Source: a virus
Taxonomy: Duplodnaviria; Caudoviricetes
IMG/VR virus record: IMGVR_UViG_3300020044_008444
Coordinates: 1-47,092 of that record
Reading direction: 5' to 3' (one strand)
DNA length: 47,092 nucleotides
Shown: piece after piece, positions 1-8,469 of the stretch
How positions within the stretch are numbered: the stretch's first letter is position 1
Layout of the letters: each line of letters starts with the position of its first letter
Notes under the pieces: model-generated
What the model was told of the DNA's origin: nothing
The model's input: only the letters and a program-made list of their open reading frames with translations
Databases searched by the model: none
Position numbers and translations under genes: made by a program

Positions 1-100
1 TCAAACCAACCATTGCTTCCATCGACCCAACTTTCGATATCAAAGGTTAATCATGCCTACAACAAAAACAGCTCTGCAGTCCACCACAATCGGGCTCAAC
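1..100 (+). repeat. Direct copy of 5280..5379 (99/100 identical)
   Basis: Base-by-base match; only mismatch is G92 vs T5371. Confidence 0.95.
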
Positions 101-191
101 GGCACTGATGACTTGACGTGCGTAATAGCGTCTTCCAGCTGTACAATTGATATGCTATTGCCGGGAGTTGGATCTAAGCTGCCACTACTAT
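97..191 (-). repeat. Perfect 95-bp inverted copy of 1176..1270
   Basis: Reverse complement of 97..191 equals 1176..1270; the ORF track shows the same peptide SSGSLDPTPGNSISIVQLEDAITHVKSSVPL on both strands. Confidence 0.95.
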
Positions 192-219
192 TGACATTTG
201 ACAAACCAACTTCTACTCT
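191..219 (+). promoter_or_regulatory. Sigma70-like promoter
   Basis: TTGACA-N17-TACTCT upstream of the first operon. Confidence 0.55.
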
Positions 220-277
220 TCTCACACGTCCATAAGACAAGCTCATCGCAACTCACGAATAGAAAGGAAGGTGTACT

Positions 278-307
278 ATGAAACACGTCTACTACTTCGC
301 TATCTAA
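278..307 (+). CDS. 9-codon micro-ORF MKHVYYFAI (possible leader peptide)
   Basis: Strong SD-like AAAGGAAGGTG just before the ATG; lies downstream of the promoter; not in ORF track. Confidence 0.35.
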   Translation: MKHVYYFAI

Positions 308-414
308 ATATTATGCGTTCGTCATCGGCCTGAGCCAACGCCGTGGTGGCTAATCCACGGCACTCTTCTCACATGCGTTTGCGTCCGTCCCAATTCAGCT
401 CAAAGGAAAGCCTC

Positions 415-783
415 ATGTTGTCAATGAAACACAAGCTTCAGCTCATGCAATTCGTACAGGACTACAACAGTCAATGTACCGTGCCTACTCTGATTGCTGA
501 TGCTGAAGAATACCTATCAGCTCATAACAACGATCAGAAGATTAGTGTCACCACTGCTGATCTGAAGGAAGCATGTAAGAATGCTGACATGAAGTGGAGT
601 GCTATTTGTAGTACAGGTACGTCACCAGTAGCTTTGCTTCACATCAAGGTAGCAGAGCTGATTGCTGATAGGGACAGGTTGGAGTTCCAGCTGGATAACC
701 TGAAGCATGAGATTAATGATCTGAAACATCAGGTGCGTACATTGAAAGAGACGATGAGTCCTTTGCGTCTTGTACAACCATAA
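415..783 (+). CDS. Hypothetical protein with C-terminal coiled coil
   Basis: ORF 343..783; start moved to ATG 415 because AAAGGA precedes it; heptad-rich C-terminus. Confidence 0.75.
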   Translation: MLSMKHKLQLMQFVQDYNSQCTVPTLIADAEEYLSAHNNDQKISVTTADLKEACKNADMKWSAICSTGTSPVALLHIKVAELIADRDRLEFQLDNLKHEINDLKHQVRTLKETMSPLRLVQP

Positions 784-811
784 ACTATTTCTTCAGTAAA
801 GGATTGAGGCA

Positions 812-1000
812 ATGAGCGACAGAATACTTGTTGCCATAGGAACATACAAATCAATAGAGGGCACACATAATTGGTACGGTATGCCCTCCAAACTCGATGT
901 TGTATGGATTGCTTCTCGTCGTCCTCTACCGTGGTACGAAGTACAGATATGGTTTGATTACATGTCCACAGTTAAAGACCTTCTCTCAGCAGGATTTTGA
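812..1000 (+). CDS. Hypothetical protein
   Basis: ATG with upstream AAGGA/GAGG; packs between neighbours. Confidence 0.6.
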   Translation: MSDRILVAIGTYKSIEGTHNWYGMPSKLDVVWIASRRPLPWYEVQIWFDYMSTVKDLLSAGF

Positions 1001-1003
1001 GCA

Positions 1004-1273
1004 ATGCAAATATGCCCCAAATGCTATTCAAAAGAGTTCGAAGCTACCACAATGGGAATCCTTGGAGGTAGAAACACCAACTCAACTCGATGCTGTAAGT
1101 GTGGCTGGAGAGGAGAAGTATGGATGACTTCTATTGCCGGTTTGTTGTTCCTAGCTGAACGTGTATGTGGTCATCATAGTAGTGGCAGCTTAGATCCAAC
1201 TCCCGGCAATAGCATATCAATTGTACAGCTGGAAGACGCTATTACGCACGTCAAGTCATCAGTGCCGTTGTAG
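1004..1273 (+). CDS. Small zinc-ribbon-like protein
   Basis: CPKC...CCKCGW motifs. Confidence 0.65.
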   Translation: MQICPKCYSKEFEATTMGILGGRNTNSTRCCKCGWRGEVWMTSIAGLLFLAERVCGHHSSGSLDPTPGNSISIVQLEDAITHVKSSVPL

Positions 1274-1282
1274 GACAGAATA

Positions 1283-1774
1283 ATGGGTGCTCGTCGAACT
1301 AAGACTAAAGAAGAACTTGCTCTCTTTGGCAGGAAGCCTCAACAACCTCCCATATCTACTGTTCCCTCAGTGGTGGTTGAAGACATTCCTGTTCCTCATT
1401 TGATAGCTTCAGACGAAGGGAAGATGTCCTTATGGAACTTCATTTGTCAGGATTTAGCTAACAGACAGCTCCTGAATGTCAGCTATGTTCTGCTCATTGA
1501 GATGTTGATACACGATATTGCTATGTACCAAACTCTTCTACCTCAGTTAGAGGGTGAAGGCACAGTTTATAGCACATTCGACAAGATGGGGAATGAGATA
1601 AAGCGTCCCAACCCTATGTTCACTCAAGTCCATCTACTGAAGGCGTCAATACTTCAGAAGCTTGTCTCTTTGGGTATGACTCCCAGAGATATTGTCTACG
1701 TAACAAATCCAGCTGCTACCTCTCAGATAGAGGCTGTGGCTACAGAGAAGAAACGTATGAATTACTTTAAATAA
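1283..1774 (+). CDS. terS: Terminase small subunit, P27 family
   Basis: N-terminal GRKP and C-terminal PNPMF...LGMTPRD match the P27 NP...LGLTP.(S/D)R pattern. Confidence 0.75.
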   Translation: MGARRTKTKEELALFGRKPQQPPISTVPSVVVEDIPVPHLIASDEGKMSLWNFICQDLANRQLLNVSYVLLIEMLIHDIAMYQTLLPQLEGEGTVYSTFDKMGNEIKRPNPMFTQVHLLKASILQKLVSLGMTPRDIVYVTNPAATSQIEAVATEKKRMNYFK

Positions 1775-1785
1775 TTGAAGGAACA

Positions 1786-1962
1786 ATGATGCTGGTGCTG
1801 CGTAGAAGGAAAGAAGAAACAGTTGTGATCACGGTAGGAAATGATACAATCCGTATCAAGGTGATTGAGTTGAGAAGTGGAGATGTTAAGCTCGCTTTCA
1901 CAGCTCCCCCACACATTCAGATTGACAGAGAAGAAATTCACAACAGGAAAGAAGTAGTATGA
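1786..1962 (+). CDS. csrA: Carbon storage regulator CsrA/RsmA homolog (58 aa)
   Basis: Hand translation MMLVLRRRKEETVVITVGNDTIRIKVIELRSGDVKLAFTAPPHIQIDREEIHNRKEVV fits the CsrA pattern MLVL.R...E.I.I...V.L...AP..I.I.REEI; SD AAGGA; below the ORF-track cutoff. Confidence 0.9.
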   Translation: MMLVLRRRKEETVVITVGNDTIRIKVIELRSGDVKLAFTAPPHIQIDREEIHNRKEVV

Positions 1963-2321
1963 GCGTCACAGGTATACATTCTGCTGTTCTTGATTGGACA
2001 TTGTGCCAACCTCTGCCAATCACAATGCCTGAAGACGCTACAATACTCTCTGTGAAGTACCATTCCTACCATGATCATCTCTACTTCTCAGCAAACCCTA
2101 ATGGTAAGAAAGTAGTGAGAGAATTTGTCTGCGGAATGACAGGTAGTGTGTTCGAGCCAATACACGGTAAGGAGCATGTCTACCTCGGTACTACGATTGA
2201 TGAGGAAAGCAGAGCATGGCATATATTCGAGCTAGTACAGGTAGAAGTGAAAGCTCCTGTCACTAAAGTTCCTTCCCCAGCACGATCACAACCTCTCACA
2301 AATGGCCCAAGGAAACGATGA
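1959..2321 (+). CDS. Conserved phage protein (DUF7352-like)
   Basis: MPEDATILSV...MTG...YLGT...WHIFE pattern; ATGA overlap with csrA. Confidence 0.6.
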   Translation: MSVTGIHSAVLDWTLCQPLPITMPEDATILSVKYHSYHDHLYFSANPNGKKVVREFVCGMTGSVFEPIHGKEHVYLGTTIDEESRAWHIFELVQVEVKAPVTKVPSPARSQPLTNGPRKR

Positions 2322-2581
2322 TGGCTACACCACAGGAAATGTTTGATGTGCTATTCACTGGTCTCTCAATCTCTGATGGAGCACATGCAAAGGACGTTAA
2401 AGTTGTAGCAGAGGAAGCTGCTCGTATCTTGAAGAAGTATGACGTATCTGTCAGTGATGAGCAGCTCACCATAATGCCAACAGAGTGGAGACCGATTGCT
2501 CTAGCTTTACTCTTCACGTACTTCGCAGAACAATGTGATGTAATACTGAGTGAAGCCAAATCTTCAGCGGAGATGAACTAA
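2318..2581 (+). CDS. Hypothetical protein
   Basis: Coupled start/stop; SD AAGGA. Confidence 0.65.
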   Translation: MMATPQEMFDVLFTGLSISDGAHAKDVKVVAEEAARILKKYDVSVSDEQLTIMPTEWRPIALALLFTYFAEQCDVILSEAKSSAEMN

Positions 2582-2599
2582 CACCGGAGGTTGACTAGA

Positions 2600-2884
2600 A
2601 TGGTGATCAAGTTCCAGTTGCTAGGACAGGATGCAGAACTAATATTTAAGAAGCTGGGAAGGCATCGAAGTAAAGGTATGCCTGTCCGTGGTCTGTGTGA
2701 CCCTCCTACAACACAACCACGACAAATACTGGTAGATAGTCGGCTAGTTGACAAAGAACGCACGGAAGTGATAATACATGAGTGCCTTCACTTAGCGGGA
2801 TGGCACCTTGATGAAGGCTTCATATCGCAATTCGCGAGTGAGCTAGCCGACTTACTAGCACTGGCAAAGGAAGCTAATGAGTAG
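2600..2884 (+). CDS. Small HExxH (zincin-like) protein
   Basis: VIIHECLH motif plus downstream E; ATG 2600 follows GGAGG. Confidence 0.65.
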   Translation: MVIKFQLLGQDAELIFKKLGRHRSKGMPVRGLCDPPTTQPRQILVDSRLVDKERTEVIIHECLHLAGWHLDEGFISQFASELADLLALAKEANE

Positions 2885-3887
2885 AAAACCAGCACACAAC
2901 AGAACAGCACTAAGAGACGCAGCAGTTGAGTTGGTCAAGAAAATGCCAACAGCTCAGAACAGGACATTAGCTCGACGTTTGGCTAATGAGTTTAATGTAA
3001 CAATTGAACAAGCTAGAACAATCGTCAGAGACATTAAAGGGGCTAGAGGAGCAGCCAGAAGAGAACAATTAGCTGAATGTCCCAGCGAACTAGGTGTAGC
3101 AGGCACACCACCATCTATGCCCCCTTCTCTCGCTGAAGCATGGATGCCATTTGAGATGACTGGCAAACGTATCGCCATATTCAGTGATGAACATGTTCCT
3201 TACCACAGCGAAGTAGCTCTGAATGCCGCTGTAGCCTACGCAAAGAAGATGAAACCAGATGGTATTTTATTGAATGGCGACAGTGCGGATTTCTACACTA
3301 TCAGTAGATGGGAGACAAATCCAAAGAAACGAGACCTGCAAGCTGAACTCAAAGCACAGATTGAGTACACAGCATGGATAGCTGATCAGTTCCCCAAAGC
3401 TCGTAAGGTGCGGAAGAAAGGTAATCACTGTGAACGATGGGACACATGGTTGTGGAATCGTGCTCCTGAGATATGTGATATGGAGAGGATGCGATTAGAG
3501 AGTTGGCTGGAGTACGACAAGTATGGCTTTGAAATGGTCGGTGATAAACGTCCTGTAATGGTCGGTAAGTTGCCTGTATTTCACGGACATGAATTGGGAC
3601 GATCAGGTATTTCCAATCCAGTTAATCCCGCACGAGGTGCGTTCCTTCGTACACACCACAGTGTTTTGGTTGGTCACTCTCACCAGACATCAGGACATGC
3701 TGATACAAACCTTTGGCATGAAGAGACATTTGTATGGTCTACAGGATGCCTCTGCAACCTCACTCCTGAATACGCTCGTATCAATCGATGGAACTATGGC
3801 TTTGCAATTGTGGACGTAGGTGAAGATGGAGCATTTGACGTACTCAACCTGCGAATCAATAGTGATGGTGAAGTAAGACGATCTTAA
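2877..3887 (+). CDS. Calcineurin-like metallophosphoesterase with helical N-terminal extension
   Basis: Motifs DEH, GDSAD, GNH, HGH, GHSH. Confidence 0.9.
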   Translation: MSRKPAHNRTALRDAAVELVKKMPTAQNRTLARRLANEFNVTIEQARTIVRDIKGARGAARREQLAECPSELGVAGTPPSMPPSLAEAWMPFEMTGKRIAIFSDEHVPYHSEVALNAAVAYAKKMKPDGILLNGDSADFYTISRWETNPKKRDLQAELKAQIEYTAWIADQFPKARKVRKKGNHCERWDTWLWNRAPEICDMERMRLESWLEYDKYGFEMVGDKRPVMVGKLPVFHGHELGRSGISNPVNPARGAFLRTHHSVLVGHSHQTSGHADTNLWHEETFVWSTGCLCNLTPEYARINRWNYGFAIVDVGEDGAFDVLNLRINSDGEVRRS

Positions 3888-3912
3888 CGACGGCATTCAC
3901 CGGGCGTATACC

Positions 3913-3942
3913 AAACCCAGAAGTAACCCTTCTGGGTTTTTT
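3913..3942 (+). terminator. Rho-independent terminator
   Basis: AAACCCAGAAG-taacc-CTTCTGGGTTT running into a T tract, between convergent genes. Confidence 0.85.
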
Positions 3943-3990
3943 CATTTATCACCCTCCAGGACGCTCTGAGTGCTCAGGACGATAGAATGG

Positions 3991-4401
3991 TCATCCTACC
4001 CTATCCGAAGCTCTCCTGAGCTGTCCTAGACGCTGCAGGACAGCATTCCTGATGATGGTTAAGGCTCTATAGACACGATATTGGACCATTTCATTGGTCA
4101 GCCTTATCACCAGCACACCATGTGACGCTAGAACAGTGTCCTTGTGCTTGTCTCTACGCTTTACTCGCGGCCTAAGGTGTACCCCACCGTCTACTTCTAT
4201 AGCCACTCTTGCTTCTGCACAGTAGAAGTCAGGGATGTATCCACACACCACCTGTTGAGGTTCAAACTCGGCATAGGCGGCTCTCTTCAACCTTTCCCAT
4301 AAGAGATGCTCACAGCGAGTCATGTTTGCTCTCAGCTTATCGGCAAACGCTTCAGTGCTTACTCTTTTACGCTTTTTGTACGGCTGTCTGCGTCGGTGCA
4401 T
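3991..4401 (-). CDS. DUF559 / Vsr-like endonuclease
   Basis: LRANMT..E..LW.RL, YIPDFYC, IEVDGGVH, RD..KD..L...G..VIRLTN. Confidence 0.85.
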   Translation of the reverse strand: MHRRRQPYKKRKRVSTEAFADKLRANMTRCEHLLWERLKRAAYAEFEPQQVVCGYIPDFYCAEARVAIEVDGGVHLRPRVKRRDKHKDTVLASHGVLVIRLTNEMVQYRVYRALTIIRNAVLQRLGQLRRASDRVG

Positions 4402-4468
4402 AAAGAAGCCTTTCTGTTACGCATGAGTATAAGCGAACATGTCAATATAAAAAGTCAAAAATAGTGGA

Positions 4469-4496
4469 TTGACATACAAAATACCTGTGATATGAT
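4469..4496 (+). promoter_or_regulatory. Sigma70-like promoter with extended -10
   Basis: TTGACA-N16-TATGAT with TG preceding the -10. Confidence 0.75.
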
Positions 4497-4499
4497 GTG

Positions 4500-4680
4500 C
4501 GACGTGCGTGGGGAGAGGCGAGATCATAGCCCCGGAAGAGCGTACCGTAAACAGTCTTCCGGATAGTGACGAGGGTAAAACCTGAAAATTCAACCTCTTC
4601 TAACCTTCATATCTTTATGAGGGGAGGGGGAGGTTTTGAGGGTAAAGTAAATCACTATCACTAAGTATTGATATAAGGAT
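4500..4680 (+). ncRNA. Candidate structured 5' leader RNA
   Basis: Stems 4532-39/4555-62, 4562-69/4652-59, 4592-4601/4626-35 and 4604-11/4616-23, several with plus-strand G-U pairs. Confidence 0.4.
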
Positions 4681-4687
4681 ATGATAG

Positions 4688-5329
4688 ATGCAGACCACTG
4701 ATGATCTGGTTGTAACAGGTTCAGCTGTATTCAGAGGTGCTCTATCAGTTGGTCCTACCAGCGTTAGTGCTCAATCTCGCTCTACAGGTCTGGTACAGGA
4801 CAATAATGTTCGCTTCCCAGAAAAACTCACAGAGTTACGAGTATGGGATGCTCTTCAGACCAACCTTCCCGGTACAGCAGCTGCCGATGACCTCGCCTTA
4901 ATCAACGGAACTCTCGCTTCTGTTGCTCCAACAGTCCAGGCTGGAGACCTCAAAGCTGCTGGTGCCACCACACGATATGCAGGCTTCCTGTTGACAGTGC
5001 CTGAAAGTTATGTCTCAGGCGAGACAGTGCAGATTATAATGAGTTGTGGTATGCTCACCACGATTGCTGACACGTCCTGTACGGTGGATGTTGAAGCCTA
5101 CAAGCTCGACAAAGTTGGTGGTGTCTCTGCAGACCTCTGTGCAACAGCAGCACAGTCCATCAACAGCCTTGTATTCGCTGAAAAGACCTTCACCATTACG
5201 GCCACAACGCTGAATGCCGGTGATGTTCTCATCGTCCGCATCGCCATCACATGCACTGATGCTGCCACAGCAACTGCCGTCAAACCAACCATTGCTTCCA
5301 TCGACCCAACTTTCGATATCAAAGGTTAA
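4688..5329 (+). CDS. Probable virion structural protein (Ala/Thr/Val-rich, beta-rich)
   Basis: 213-aa ORF, first gene after the promoter, SD AAGGA; role inferred from composition. Confidence 0.55.
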   Translation: MQTTDDLVVTGSAVFRGALSVGPTSVSAQSRSTGLVQDNNVRFPEKLTELRVWDALQTNLPGTAAADDLALINGTLASVAPTVQAGDLKAAGATTRYAGFLLTVPESYVSGETVQIIMSCGMLTTIADTSCTVDVEAYKLDKVGGVSADLCATAAQSINSLVFAEKTFTITATTLNAGDVLIVRIAITCTDAATATAVKPTIASIDPTFDIKG

Positions 5330-5331
5330 TC

Positions 5332-5532
5332 ATGCCTACAACAAAAACAGCTCTGCAGTCCACCACAATCTGGCTCAACTTTATTCCCACAGTTATTACA
5401 GTGCTCACAGCTCTCAGCAATGATCAGATGATTGCTCAACACCCCCAAGCTGTAGCTGCAATTGCCACATCTCTGTTTGTCCTGAACATGCTCAACCGAT
5501 TTCGAACTGACTCCCCAATTAAGTTGAAATGA
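5332..5532 (+). CDS. Holin-like membrane protein
   Basis: 66 aa, two hydrophobic segments, basic C-terminus; S.TIWLN...RFRT.SPI pattern resembles small phage holins. Confidence 0.6.
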   Translation: MPTTKTALQSTTIWLNFIPTVITVLTALSNDQMIAQHPQAVAAIATSLFVLNMLNRFRTDSPIKLK

Positions 5533-5538
5533 GGTTAT

Positions 5539-5778
5539 ATGGGAAAGCGATACGATGACGAACCGTGTGAAGTCATGATGGCTGTTCATGACAACCTGTT
5601 CCTCGAAGTAGCTGAAGAAGACCTGTTGTTGGAAGAATACTTTGCAAGTGAAAGAGCTATTCCAACTCCATTAGAACTCGCCATCTTCATGCGTCAAATG
5701 CGTTCCGATCCGTCGTTCATTGCCCGTCACGAGAATAAGTACCTTTGTAAGAAAGCTTTCCTGCCATGCCCCAATTAG
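5539..5778 (+). CDS. Hypothetical protein
   Basis: SD GAGG; packs in operon. Confidence 0.55.
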   Translation: MGKRYDDEPCEVMMAVHDNLFLEVAEEDLLLEEYFASERAIPTPLELAIFMRQMRSDPSFIARHENKYLCKKAFLPCPN

Positions 5779-6143
5779 AAGTGTTCGGTTACCCGTTCCA
5801 ATACGTCTTAGGTGTGATTTTTATTGGTCTCTACTCTGTTGTGATGGGGAAGGACACGCTGCTTTCTTTCCTCAGTAAACTTCAAGCGGGAGAGGTTTTA
5901 CCAACAACAGATTCTCTAGAACCAGCTGTTGTTATTCCTACTCCTGCCAACTCTGACAAACCTGCTCCTAAAGGCACAGCAGAATACATCACTCTGGTCA
6001 AAGCATCCGCTCCTGATGCTTCTGACACGCTCAGACTCGACTATGCTCAGCAGGAGCTTACAGAGGCCCAAATCTTGCGTCAGGAAGTAACTCGTAAGCT
6101 TCCTCCTGTTCCTGCTCCTCCAGCTCCAAAGGTGCGAGAATGA
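5766..6143 (+). CDS. Membrane-anchored Pro-rich protein
   Basis: N-terminal hydrophobic helix YVLGVIFIGLYSVV; Pro-rich tail. Confidence 0.7.
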   Translation: MPQLEVFGYPFQYVLGVIFIGLYSVVMGKDTLLSFLSKLQAGEVLPTTDSLEPAVVIPTPANSDKPAPKGTAEYITLVKASAPDASDTLRLDYAQQELTEAQILRQEVTRKLPPVPAPPAPKVRE

Positions 6144-6484
6144 AACATGTTCTGTTCATTGTTGGTATGCTTCTGCTCTTCTTGCCGGTAGGCACAGATG
6201 TACCGCCCCCAAATCCTGATGTTCCTCCTGCTCCTACTCCTGTAGTACAAGACCTGTGGGACGTTGCTTCAGACAACTACAGAGTGCTGACAGCTGAAGT
6301 GTTCGAAGAACTCGCCACAAAAACATTCAACAGCGACGAAGAGAAGCTTAAACACATTCTTGACCACACTACAGCTGCTCGCATGGGAGCGTTCACAGAG
6401 GTCAATAAGCGTATCCAATCTGCTGCTAAGGATAATACCTTCGCTGATCTGGCCAAAGCCCTTAAAGAACGAGGATTGAAGTAA
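6140..6484 (+). CDS. Signal/TM-anchored protein with Pro-rich linker
   Basis: MKHVLFIVGMLLLFLPV then PPPNPDVPPAPTP and a helical domain. Confidence 0.7.
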   Translation: MKHVLFIVGMLLLFLPVGTDVPPPNPDVPPAPTPVVQDLWDVASDNYRVLTAEVFEELATKTFNSDEEKLKHILDHTTAARMGAFTEVNKRIQSAAKDNTFADLAKALKERGLK

Positions 6485-7350
6485 TGGTAACGAAGTTGCC
6501 CACACCAAACGGTCAAGCCTACGTTCCTGATCAGTGGTTCTCTGGATATGATCCAACAATTGAACCCAGAGAACTCCTGTTCGCCGAATGTATTGACTTC
6601 GATGTAAATGACCTGCTGGTTCAAGGAGACCTCCCTGACACTCGTGGTATTAAAAACATCATGCGTCGAGATGATCAGGGACGCATCAATTCATGCTCTG
6701 GATTCGGTATGACAGGAGCAGGAGAAGTAGCCTACTTCCTGCAGTCATCCAAATGGCGACAGTTCAACCCTATGTGGTCTTACCGTCGTGGTCAGGAAGT
6801 TAACAACATCCGTACCGACTCTGGTGCTACAATTCAAGGTGTTGTTAAAGCTGCTAAGGAAGTAGGATTTCTTCCTGAAGATATGGACGGTGATGGTAAT
6901 GTCGAAGTTCCATATCGCGAAGACTACGGTATGCGATTCCCAAGCAATGCAGCTGAAGTGGCTGCTAAATGGAAAGTCGGCTACTCAATCAACCTGAGAG
7001 GCTATGATGAAATTCTCAAATATCTTCAAGCCAATCAAGGTGCGGTTATTGTTGGCGGAAGTTGGGGCAATTGGCGTCCCAATGCAAGAGGTATTGCTAA
7101 TAATTTTGCTAGTGGTGGTGGCGGACATGCTCGCTGCTATGTCGATTGGATCACCATTGACGGGGTGGTATACCTCGTGGAATGCAACAGCCACTACTCC
7201 AGTTATGGAGACAACGGATTTGCCTACCACAGCAAACAGTTTGTAGACCAGCAAGCTGCTGATCGTTTCACTGTAACAATTGGTGTATCTGACCTCTCAA
7301 GCCCTGAACCACGATTCATCGATTGGAGCAAACAATGGTTGCTTGGATAG
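6484..7350 (+). CDS. Papain-like (C1 family) cysteine peptidase
   Basis: DQGRINSC (oxyanion Q, catalytic C), GGHA (His), ECNSH (Asn), YGDNGF. Confidence 0.85.
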   Translation: MVTKLPTPNGQAYVPDQWFSGYDPTIEPRELLFAECIDFDVNDLLVQGDLPDTRGIKNIMRRDDQGRINSCSGFGMTGAGEVAYFLQSSKWRQFNPMWSYRRGQEVNNIRTDSGATIQGVVKAAKEVGFLPEDMDGDGNVEVPYREDYGMRFPSNAAEVAAKWKVGYSINLRGYDEILKYLQANQGAVIVGGSWGNWRPNARGIANNFASGGGGHARCYVDWITIDGVVYLVECNSHYSSYGDNGFAYHSKQFVDQQAADRFTVTIGVSDLSSPEPRFIDWSKQWLLG

Positions 7351-8087
7351 TGATGTTGCTGGTGATGTTTGAAGAATACAATCCGGACTATTCTTTCGAG
7401 AAAGCTCGCGAAGCCTATAAAGCTCAGTTAATCCAGCTCGAACTGCAGAAAGCTGTTGTTGAAGAGAAGAAGCAGGTAGAGGTGTCTCTAAAATGGGACA
7501 CAATAACATCACAAGCTCCACAACAGCACTATCTGGTTACAGGTCCAAACTGTATCTACTGCGAACCTCGTAAGCGATATTTGAAGTCTCAGGGAATTGC
7601 CTTTACGGAAATCTCTGTAGAACAAGCCAGAGCTGCTCCATACAACAGGATTGTAACTTCAATTCCTGCTGAGTTTGATATGGCTCTTCCAACAACCACA
7701 GCTGTATGTGAAGCTTCCTGTGAACCAACCACACACGCAGCTCTCTCCATCCTCGCTAACCATTTACTCTCTCAACAGTCTAAGGAAGCAATGGGCAGTC
7801 TGCTGGAGTTCGACATAGACACACCTGACGCTCTTCCATCCATCATCACTCAGTTGATGACCAAACAGAAATGGACTAATGGTGTTGTCTCAGTAGACTG
7901 GTCTGGCAACAGATCAATCTCTGTTCAACCAGAAAAAATCATCTTCACACCCCCTCCATCTGTTCGAGCTGTGAAGGGTGTCTTCTCTTACAGCACTTCT
8001 CTGAAACAGATTAGTGTTCGTAATCAAGGCAAGCAACTTGAGATTGAGTTAACAACCTGTCCAAACCTCATCATCAACTTTAAGTGA
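7335..8087 (+). CDS. Membrane-anchored glutaredoxin/thioredoxin-fold protein with extra C-terminal domain
   Basis: Hydrophobic N-terminus; TGPNCIYC...YLKSQGIAFTEI...SIP (CxxC and cis-Pro motif); ATG 7335 follows GGAG. Confidence 0.7.
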   Translation: MVAWIVMLLVMFEEYNPDYSFEKAREAYKAQLIQLELQKAVVEEKKQVEVSLKWDTITSQAPQQHYLVTGPNCIYCEPRKRYLKSQGIAFTEISVEQARAAPYNRIVTSIPAEFDMALPTTTAVCEASCEPTTHAALSILANHLLSQQSKEAMGSLLEFDIDTPDALPSIITQLMTKQKWTNGVVSVDWSGNRSISVQPEKIIFTPPPSVRAVKGVFSYSTSLKQISVRNQGKQLEIELTTCPNLIINFK

Positions 8088-8094
8088 GGCTACT

Positions 8095-8424
8095 ATGCTC
8101 CTGACACTCAGAGAACAGAACAGCCTCATTTCTTCTATGAAAGCTGCTTTTGGTTGCTCTCCAGCAAACATCAAATTTTATGGAACAGTTGACAATCGTA
8201 AGAAGCTGAAGGAAGCTAAAAAATGGGATGCTGCCTGCGATAAAGTAGGCAGAGCTTTCTTCGAAGTTTGTAGTACGAAGCGTGTAAATACATTCGATCA
8301 ACTTCAGTCCTCAGTAGCTATCTACTTCGGATGGTTCGCATGGATTTTCATTAAGTGGGCAGCTCCACGAATCTTAGCTTTTCTGTGGGAACGCACACAT
8401 GACGTTCGCATGGATAATATTTGA
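8095..8424 (+). CDS. Hypothetical protein with C-terminal hydrophobic segment
   Basis: SD GAGG; VAIYFGWFAWIFIKW. Confidence 0.65.
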   Translation: MLLTLREQNSLISSMKAAFGCSPANIKFYGTVDNRKKLKEAKKWDAACDKVGRAFFEVCSTKRVNTFDQLQSSVAIYFGWFAWIFIKWAAPRILAFLWERTHDVRMDNI

Positions 8425-8448
8425 CATTTAACAACTTGCCTTTACACT
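8421..8448 (+). promoter_or_regulatory. Sigma70-like promoter
   Basis: TTGACA-N16-TACACT. Confidence 0.6.
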
Positions 8449-8469
8449 CCACCAAAAGGAACCAACATC

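Noticed and set aside
40-246. ORFs 40..246 (-) and 53..235 (+) as real genes
   Set aside because: They are fusions created by the duplicated fragments of genes 5332 and 1004.
4426-4457. Minus-strand promoter for the DUF559 gene
   Set aside because: TATACT is present, but the TTGACA and TTGACT boxes lie 8 and 21 nt away, not 16-18.
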